Source: Octopus sinensis
Taxonomy: Eukaryota
Assembly: GCF_006345805.1 (NCBI RefSeq)
Contig: NC_043004.1
Span: 17,732,001 to 17,796,000, forward strand
Length of the DNA stretch: 64,000 nucleotides
Reading direction: 5' to 3'
Positions 53,946-64,000 of this stretch are shown piece after piece; position 1 is the stretch's first letter, and the number at the start of each line of letters is the position of its first letter. Both the position numbers and the translations under genes were made by a program. Under the pieces are notes generated by a model. The model did not search any database and had not been told where the DNA came from. It worked only from the letters and a program-made list of their open reading frames with translations.

Positions 53946-55441
53946 CATACATACATACATACATACATACATACATACACACACACATATATATATATAC
54001 ACGACGTGCTTCCACACACTTTGTGTCAACCAAATTGACTCACAAAGCATTGGTCAGCCCAGGACTATAACAGATCACAGCCCAAGCTGTCGCGCAGCAG
54101 GAATGAAATCGAAACCATTTGGTAGCAAAGCGAGTTTCTTAAACACACATTCACACCAAACGCATAAATATCTGATACATACTCTCTCTAAATTTAATAT
54201 ATTCCTCTTACTGTACATAAACATGTGCATTGGTATTGATAACCACAGAAGCTCACATACACACACACACATATACATGCGTAAAACAAACAAACAAGGA
54301 AAAAATAAAATCTACAAGCACGGACATTCACAAAGGAAAGCACGCAGAAATATAGGGCCTCATAAAAAAAATACAAATTCATATACAAACATAAAATACA
54401 CGCGCAGCAAAAATCTCAAGAGGGGTACATTTCGTACTCTTTGATGTATTTGATAAATTAGAGAGCAATATGATGAGACTTCAGCTCTCTCTGCTTCATG
54501 TTATGCCTTATGATCTTCCTGTGCGTATAGAATAAAATAAAGCATTTGTTTTTTAAACCTAAAAAGCAGTCATTATCCTGTTACATTTGATATCCGTAAA
54601 AGTTTTGCTCATAAGAACACTTTTTTTATATTTCACTTCAAAGACATAGTAAACGAGCTAAGACATGTGAATAAATGATGGCCGCCGAGTTGAGACGTGA
54701 TTTAATTATTATAAAACCTACTAAACGTATACTGTATCTATTATTTAATAGCATTGGGTCGTTCAGCACGCTAGAAATAATAGTCAGATTTTCAAATATT
54801 TAACATCAAACCGTAAAAAAGTTTTAAGAACGTAAGGAACAGTGAATAGTAAAAGTAGCATGGCTAGGAATAAGATTGACGGTGGAAGGGGAGCAGTCTG
54901 CTTCGGGCGACGATTTTTATGGGGCTGCATTTTTAGGCCTATAGTATAAGTCTGTATAGGAGATGACGGGCTACAAATTCAAGGGCTGTTCTGAGCGGTA
55001 TACACTAAGCTACGCAACTGATTAGTACTATTGTATAGTAGGCCAGTCACTCTATTGTATAGTGGCGACAGTCACAATTTAGAGCATTTTAATATTCTCA
55101 ATCAGTATGGACATGGTTTTTCAATAACAATCACAGAATCACACAAAACTACCACTACCACCAATCACCACCATCATCATCACCAGCAACATCAACATCA
55201 CATGTAAAAACAACTCCTTCACTCTTTACTTGTTTCAGTCATTTGACTGTGGCCATGCAAGAGCACCGCCTTTAGTCGAGCAAATCGACCCCAGGATTTA
55301 TTCTTTGTAAGCCTAATACTTATTCTATCAGTCTCTTTTGCCGAACCGCTAAGTTATGGGGACGTAAACACACCAGCATCGATTGTCAAGCGATGTTGGC
55401 CGGGGGTGCAAACACAGACACACAAACACATACATACACAT

Positions 55442-55485
<44 letters not shown>

Positions 55486-56603
55486 CGACGGGCGTCTTTC
55501 ACTTTCCGTCTACCAAATCCACTCACGGCCCGAGGCTATAGTAGAAAATACCTGCCCAAGGTGCCACGCAGTGGGATGAACCCGCCATATGCTTTTTTTT
55601 GCAGTAAGGTCTTAGTTTTTTTCTTTCTTCAGTCTTGGGATTGATAAAATCGGTCATCTGGTTTCCATGACGAATAAGTGAGCCAGATCACGTTCCTCCA
55701 TGAATGGCGGGACGCCAGTGTGTGGCAGAGGAGTTCAAGGTCAACTATCTTGAGGGGTGGGCTGAGGGGAGACAGGACGATTACCTCAACTCCAGTACTT
55801 GGCAGGTACTTTATTTTATCGATCTTCAAAAGGTTGAAAGGTAAAATCGGCCTCGGCGGGATTTGAACTCAGGGCATCAAGCGTCGGGAGAAAATATGAA
55901 TATAGAACTCTTAGGGTGACAAAAAAAACCCCCAATAATCTAACACGAACAAAATTAGATTAGTCGAAACCAATTAGAAAGAAATACAAGTGCCTGGAAT
56001 ATTATCGGTCATAGACATATTTGAATGCCAAAATTAACAGCATTATGCACTTAAAAACCAAATATAACTGCATCAAAGACAGCACCTAGATGTGAGATCA
56101 ACCAACAGTATTAAAAAAATATAATATAAAGAATTTCTCTTGTTTTCTGCAAGATACAAAACCATGGACTTATTTATATACTAAAGAAGAAGAAAGAAGC
56201 AGAAAGCCACGTTGCCGTGTCTTCTGAGGATATCTTGTCGATAGCGACACTGTTCGTGAAGATTATACTTCCCGAATCTCTCCAGCAACAAAATTTATTT
56301 TAACTAAAACATATTTACAAAAGTAAAAATATATTACAGCAACCAGAAAGCAGCAGCTGGTTCGTGCCAATTATCTGTTACTAACGATAATCTGGACGAC
56401 AGATTACGGATGTATTTAGAAGAGAACGTGATCAATTTTAACCATCTTTAAACTGAAATGGTAATCTCAAGTTTGTAAGCCTTACTCATACATACACACC
56501 CTACGCACATTCACGCACCCATACATATACACACGATTACAGATAAATGCACACAACCATTATATATATATATATATAATATATATATAGATATATTTAT
56601 ATA

Positions 56604-56642
<39 letters not shown>

Positions 56643-57544
56643 TTATTTATATAATAATATATATATATATATTTATATAATATATATATTATATTATATA
56701 TATATGGTATCATAGTGTGCATATTTACAAGCATGTCTACATATATATATACATACATATTATTATATATATAATATATATATATATATTTATATAAGCG
56801 TGTTTTTTTAAAAGACTTATTAATTGTAAGATCAGTTTAGAGATAGTCAACCTGAAGAAGTGGTACTAACTTCGTGAAAACACAAGTAGATACAGTCCAT
56901 GTATAGATGTAGCATGCTTATCACAGAAAAAAATATTTAGAGAATGTACTTTCTATAATTTCCCTTAACTTAGATATAAATTTCAAAAATCTCTTATTAA
57001 AATATCCTTTTGAATTCTAAGAATTGTATATTCATTAATGTATAGCCGAAAGCAGTGAGCTTAGCAGAATCGTTAGCATGCCAGACAAAATGTTTAACGT
57101 CATTTCATCCGTCTTCACATTCTGAGTTCGAATTCCGGAGAGATCAATTTGCTTTTTCACCCTTTCAGGGTCGATAAAACAGGTACCTGTCGAGCACTGG
57201 ATTATCCCACTCTCCACAAGAGCCTATAGAAGAAAGGAATATTACATTACCTGGTGGAAATAGTGTGTATTTATCCATATTATTTCGGATAAAGCAAAAC
57301 TTTTGGCGATCGAATTTTTATCTCACAACGTCCTAGAATGTTGTTTTTATTAAGGAACAAACAGATAAACCCCATACATACATGTATAGTATATGTATAT
57401 ATATATATATATGTATATATATATTATATATATATATATATATTATATATATATATATATATATTATATATCTATATATATATATATATAATAATTAATA
57501 TATATATAATAATAATATATAGATATATATATGTAATATAATAT

Positions 57545-57628
<84 letters not shown>

Positions 57629-57630
57629 TA

Positions 57631-60600
57631 AAAACCGATGTATTAGTATAACGCTCAGGAATAGAAAAGTCTTTTACGTTTCGAGCCTACGCTCTTCTAC
57701 AGAAAGGGAAACAGAAAAAACAAGGAGAGAAACAAGGAGAAAAGAAATGTGTGTAGTGGCTAACGATCTATCATGGTGTCTGACTGGGACAGAAGGAAGG
57801 GTCACACACGAGAAGGAAAGTAGGGGAGATAACAAAGTAAAGATGACCCCCAACACAAAGTTGCGTGTATGTATAAGAGAGTATGTATGTGCGTGTGAAA
57901 GAGGGCTGGTGGTCTGGACGTGTGCGTGTATGTATGTGTAGGCGTGAAAATGTGGGGATGGGTGTGTGGGTGGTGTGTTGTGATGTGATGTGTAATGTTG
58001 TATGGTGTAGTGTGGTGTGGTGTGATGTTGTTGGGAGGTGGGGAGGCGAGAGTGGGGAAAGCAAGTGTGGGGTGTGGGTTCGGCTGAGGGTTGGGGTAGA
58101 GTGGGGGTTGTGAGTAGGCAGATTGGGGGTTGGGGGGGAGAGGTAGGGTATGTGGGGGAGGGGTGTGGGTTAGGATGGGCATGGGGTGGGGGATAGGATG
58201 GGGGATGGGAAGGATAGGGAAGGTGGAGTAGGAATGTGTAGGGGTGGGTGGGCTTATGGGGGGAGGGGAAGGTGAGGAGTGAGAGGAGGAGAGAAGAGAG
58301 TAAGAGAGAAGAGAGAAAGAGAGGGTGAAAGAGTAGGAGAGAAAAGAGAAAGAGAATAAGAGGAAGAGGGAAAGAGGGGAGATAAAGAAAGAGAGTAGGG
58401 GAGAAGAGAGAAAGAGAGTAAGAGAGAAGAGGGAAAGAGAGTAGGGGTGAAGAGAAGTAGGAGTTGGGGCAAGAGAGGAGAGTGGGTGGGAAGAAGGAGG
58501 AGGGAGGGAGAGAGAGGATAGAAGGAGAGTGAGGGAGCAGAGAGAAGAGAGTAAGAAAGAAGAGGGAAAGAGAGTAGGGATGAAAAGATGTAGGAGTCGG
58601 GAGGAGGTTAGATGAAGAGGGGAGGAGAGTTGAGCTCAAATGGCGTAAAAGAGCGAAGAGAGAAGATTAATCCCTGTTCACGGCGCAAACGGGAGTCCGG
58701 ATGGCCTCTGTGCAAGGACAATCCGAACACAGACAGGTATTGCAAGGAGTGACCGGTAGATCGGAAATGGCGTGAGACCGGGGTGTCATTGCCGAGGCGG
58801 ATGTCTCGGAGGTGTTCCACGAACCGGTCAGCTAAGCGGCGTCCCCTTTGTCCGATGTACTGGGAATGGCAGAGAGAGCAGGAGATGCAATAGATGATAT
58901 TGCTGGAGGTTCAGGTAAAGGAGTCGATGATGCGATAGGGTCGATGATGGGTGCCGGTGAGGAGAGTGGTGTTGGAGAGGTAATGGCAAGTGCGACAGCG
59001 TGGGCGGGAGCAGGGAAACGAGCCAGGTTGGGAGGTAGGGTTGGGGAAGAAGCTGTGGACCAAGAGGTCTCGTAGGTTGTGGGCTCGTTTGAAGGAGGGA
59101 GGTCGGGTAGGGAAGCTGTGTGAAGTGGACGGGTCGGACTGGAGATGCCGGAAAGCTCGGAGAATGGAGCGTTGGAGACGTAGGGTGGTGGGGTGGTAGG
59201 TGAGTGGAAAAGGGAGGCGGGAGACTGCAGGGCGGGTTCGGGGCTAGAGAGCAGATGCACGGTTCACGGAACGTGCTCTGGCAAGGGCGGTGTGGATAGT
59301 GGTGAGGGGATATCCACGTAGGATGAAGTGGCGAGTCATGAGTTGAGACTGAGTCTCAAAGTCATGGTCGTCACTACAGAGCCTGCGTAGACGGAGGAAT
59401 TGGGAATAGGAGATTGAAAGCTTGGTGTGTTTGGGGTGGGAGGAGGAGAACTTTAGGTATGAGTGTGAGTCTGTGTGTTTGAAGTGGATGGAGGTGGTAA
59501 GAGTGGAGTGATGAATGCTGACCGAAATGTCAAGAAAGGAGGCAGATGTGTCAGAGATAGTGCAGAAGTGGAGGACAGGATGGAAATATTTGACGAAAGA
59601 GAGGAAGGAGTCTAGATCTTCGCGGGAGAGTGATGTGGCACCGATACAGTCGTCGATATAATGGCCATATAATTCGGGAGTGGGACCAGTGAAACTAGTG
59701 AATAGTTGGGCCTCAACATAGCCAACGAACAGGTTCGCATAGTTGAGGCCCATTCTCGTTCCCATGGCCACTCCCTAGACTGTTGGTAGAACTCACCCAC
59801 GAACGAGAAGCAGTTGAGTGAGAGAACAAGTTCGGCCAGACGAACGAGTGTTGAGGTGTCGGGTTAAGGATTGGGTCGGAGGTCCAGGAAGTGTTTCAGT
59901 GCACGCAGCCCCTCGTGGTGAGGGATCACAGTGTAGAGGCTCTGGATGTCCAGTGTAAAAAGAAGTTTGGAGGAGCCAGGAGGGAAGGAGAAAGAGTTGA
60001 ATAGACGTAAGCTCGACGCTCTAATCACTGAGCTATGCACCTTCACATGTATGACATGTGTATATACATAATAATACAACACCACTGAGACATCCGACTC
60101 GGCAATCACACCCCGGTTACGCGCCATTTCCGCTCTACTGGTCACTCTTTGCAACCCCTCTCTGTGTTCGGATTATCCTTGCGTAGGAGCCATCCGGACT
60201 ACCGTCTTTGCCGTGAACAGGTATTAATCTTCTCCCTTCGCTCCCACATGGGCTCAACTCTCCTCCCCTCTTCATCTAACCCTCCTCCCTTCTCCTCTCT
60301 TCCTCTCACACCTAATTCCTCCCACCTCTCCTCCCTTGCTCCGACTCCTACTTCTCTTCACTCCTACTCTCCTTCTCTCTTCTCTTCGCTCCTACCCACC
60401 TTTTCCCTTCCCATTCTCCCTTCAACGTCACCCCTCCCTCGTAACCTGACCCCTACAGAATCCAACCCACCTTCCCTATCCATCCCATTCCACCCCACCC
60501 ATCCCTTACACCCACTCCTACATGCACCACCTCTACCCCCACCTTCAACCTAACCCGCACCCCACCCTTGCTTTCCACACTCTCGCCTCCCTCAAATCCT

Positions 60601-61075
60601 AACACCACCAAATCACACCACACACCACCACACCATGCACCACCATACCATACAACACCACATCACATCACACCACACACACACTAGCACTGGACCACTT
60701 CTTAGCCCCACACCATCATGAACACACCTACACATGCACACATGCACACATCAAGGTCACCAGCCCTCTTCCACGCACATACATGCTCTCTTATACATAC
60801 GCACGCGCACCTTCGTTTTGGGATCACCGCTAGTTTATTATCTCCCCTTCTTCCTAGCTCTCCTGTGTGACCCCTTTGTTCGGCATTCGCCATGATGGAT
60901 CGCTAGCCACTACACATTCTTTATGTTCTCTCCTTGTTTCTTTCTGTGTTCCTTTCTGTGGAAGAGCGTAGGCTAGAAACGTTAAAGACCTTTTCGCTTT
61001 CCGAGCGTTAAACTAATACATCTGTTTGTTGTCTACACCACCTGCCTTCGTCTTTTGTTTTTGGGGAATTCTCCC
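57631..61075 (-). mobile_element. Penelope-like element (Neptune-like), RT + GIY-YIG, with inverted 3' duplication
   Basis: Minus-strand RT motifs TLDIQSLY, AMGTRMG and YIDD (59244-60010), Cys linker CSRPRCRTC, and GIY-YIG IIYCISCSLCHSQYIG...EHLRDI...HF (58610-58900), with stops and frameshifts. The segment 60085-61075 is an inverted copy of the 3' part; (TA)n flanks. Confidence 0.92.
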
Positions 61076-62347
61076 TATATATATATAAATATATATACAC
61101 ACACATACACGCACAAAAAAACATATACTGTGTGTAAGTGTGTGTATGTACGTGTGTGTGTATGTTTGTATGTGTTGCGTGTATATATGTTTGTGTGCAA
61201 TAAAAAAGGTGACAGAGTGACGTCAAAAAATTTACAGATAAAAAAGCGAAAAATTATGCAAACGCAAACATTCTCTTTCCCTCATCATTTGTCGACCAAA
61301 TATCGTCACAATTTATATATACACGACATATGTATTACATCCACAGATGTAATTAAGGGGGCTCATTAATACATTTCATACCTTTTAAGCATTCAAGATA
61401 TCGTTTTCCATTCTGGTCGTGAATGTGTATTTTTTACTTACAACCAGCTATTAAAGACACATATTCGGAAACATCCAATTTACAAGATTTCGTATTACTA
61501 CTTAACGATATTCCTTGAGGAACTTGCATGCTAAAATTATTAATAAAAGGAAATTGTGCGGTATTACACCTACGGCAGAAAAATACAAATACGTTTGATA
61601 TAAAAACTATTATGTTTTAAAAAGCTTAGTTATTTTCTCTATAATCATTTAATTGAATATATTCTAAGTTTAATGATGCGGTTAATAATTATCTGAAAAT
61701 ATCCTTTAATAGATATAAACAGAAAGACTAGAATACTTAATAAGATATATAGTTATATAGACGCATTAAAGCATACCTTTAACGGAATGATGATGGTATC
61801 AGGAATAAATACAGAATTATTTTAATTGTTTCAGTCATTTGATTGCGACCATGCTGGAGCACCGCTCTGATGGGTTTTAGTCGAATAAATCAACCCCTAG
61901 GACTTATTTTTTTAAAGCTTACTACTCATTCTATTAGTCTATTTTGATGAACCACTAAGTTATAGGGACGTAAGCACACCAACACAGGTTGTCAAGCGGT
62001 GGGCAAATACAGACACAAAGGCACACACACACATATTTACCACAGGCTTCATTCAGTTACCGTCTACCAAATCCATCCACAAATGTCTCTTTATAAATAT
62101 CCTGAAAATTTTACACACCCTTTGTTGTCTCATTTTATTTAACATAAACATACTCATACAAGACCCAAATTAGACTCCTCATTCGTATCATTATCGAACC
62201 GGCAGTTTCACTACGGTCCTTCCATAGTACTTACATAGCGTTACCTGCCATCTTGGGTCTTCTGGATATCAATATCTCTCATACCTTTACATATATATAC
62301 ATACATATATATATATATATACATATATATATACATGCATATATATA

Positions 62348-62389
<42 letters not shown>

Positions 62390-63533
62390 TATATATAATA
62401 TATATATATACATAAGAGAGACAGACGTGGCTATGTAGTAAGAAGCTTGCTTCCCAACCTCATGGTTCCAGTTTCAGTCCCACTGCGTGGCACCTAGTGC
62501 AAGTGTCTTCTACTATAGATTCGGGCCAACCAAAGCATTGTGAATGGATTTGTTAGACAGAAACTAGACGAAGCATTTTGTGAGTGTGTGTGTATATATA
62601 TATATATAAAATTTAATAAGGGTAGAAATTGATATTAATCAATTAAAACCAGTGGCCCAGCATATTAAAAAAATCAGAAGATTAAAATATTTTTACATAC
62701 AAAATTTAAAGGACTGACCACTAAAAGTGGATGGTCAACATGCTAGATATAGACGTCAAATCGCTATTTTCCACGAAGAATATGTTCTCAAATAAAAACT
62801 CATCACAAACCAAAGCATTAAAAATCCTTTATATATATATATTCATATAGAATATTAACGTATGTATGTGTGTTTGTTTATATCACGGCTATATGTACTT
62901 ACGTATGAGTGTGTTTGCCTTTATATATGTGTGAAAAATATATTTATATATCTGTCATTCTATAATTTAATAAAGTAACGAAATAAAACTAAAAAGACAG
63001 CAATCTTTAGTTTATAAATTAAAGTTAATCAAATTAATAAAAAATTCGGAGTTATTTTATTATTGTTTTATATACGTGAAGTAGATAAGGAAAGAATTGT
63101 TTATTACGTGTCTGTCTGATATATAGATTATGTGTATTACGTCATTGAGTTGTGTTTACCTAAGAAAAAACTACTAAAAAATTTATATTTGTGTTTATTA
63201 GATAAAATATCAATTAGAAGGTTAATTGAATAGTTAGATAAATACAGTTCTAGTTATATAAGGATTTTGGTAATACTAATTTACTTCATAGTAGATTCTA
63301 TCATTCAACTATGGTAGTAGTTCAATATTATTCTTAAGGCCGCAATTTACTCATACGCAGCATCTTTCAGAGCTTGTCACTAATTCAATTCTTAACCAAA
63401 TTGGACATTTTTGAAGAGGGCTGGTCCCTAGTTACATTTTGGCATAAAAATTTGTTTTGAATTCAGATTTGTTTACGTTTGTTTATCGGCTACTTTCTCA
63501 TTCTCATTCATTTGCGACTTTACTCTTTTCCCC

Positions 63534-64000
63534 ATGAATCCTAAGAAAATTCAGGCGTCAGATTTGATATGTGCAAAGAACACAGTCATCAATAAGCAAA
63601 GAGTCAAAATCTCGAAGAAATGGAAAGTCTTCTTTCTCTTTGGATTGTTAAGTTGAATCGTCAGTGTGCTACTATTAGTCAAGAAATCATTCAAGAGAAA
63701 GCGTTGTCTTTGTTTGAGGACCCGAAGAAAAAATATCTAGATGAGAAATATGTAGAGTTCAAGGTAAGTCAAGGATGGTTCATGAGATTTAAGGAGTGAA
63801 GAGGTTATCACTCCATTAAGAAGCAAGGTGAAAGTGCATCAGCCGAGGAACAAGCAGCAGCGGAATTTCCTAATGCATAAAAGAAGATCATCGAAGAAAA
63901 TAGGTTTCTTCCCGAACAGATTTTTAACGCAGACGAAACTGGATTGTATTGGAAAAAATTGCCAGACCGTTCATTTATTTCCAAGGAGGAGAAAACTATT
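63534..64000 (+). mobile_element. Tigger/pogo transposase pseudogene (runs off window)
   Basis: EEMESLLSLWI..ISQEIIQEKALSLF..FKVSQGWFMRFK (CENP-B HTH) and GESAS..IFNADETGLYWKKLPDRSFI (DDE start), with in-frame stops. Confidence 0.92.

Overview
AT-rich, microsatellite-dense eukaryotic DNA. The SINE and microsatellite make-up suggests a coleoid cephalopod such as Octopus; this is an inference, not a database match. The only supportable host gene is a peropsin/RRH-like opsin on the + strand. Two internal exons (6840-7002 and 13311-13438) splice in frame to give TM1-TM3 including DRY; exon 1 and the TM4-TM7 exons were not found. The rest is transposon debris: tRNA-derived SINEs, Tc1/mariner, Tigger, hAT, an RLE-type LINE remnant, a Helentron-like element, palindromic MITEs and Penelope-like elements (PLEs). 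The standout signal is a high density of hammerhead ribozymes (HHRs). There are two small non-coding families with type I HHRs: a 364-bp unit at 48.7-49.8 kb, and a ~500-bp unit at 40.1-41.2 kb with a diverged copy at 1.3-1.7 kb that shows compensatory base changes. Both occur as tandem-plus-inverted arrays resembling retrozymes. A separate HHR lies at 817-879, and a minimal A6U HHR-like motif recurs in six PLE terminal repeats. A 100-N gap lies at 46994-47093. All alignments and folds were done by eye, and repeat boundaries are approximate.
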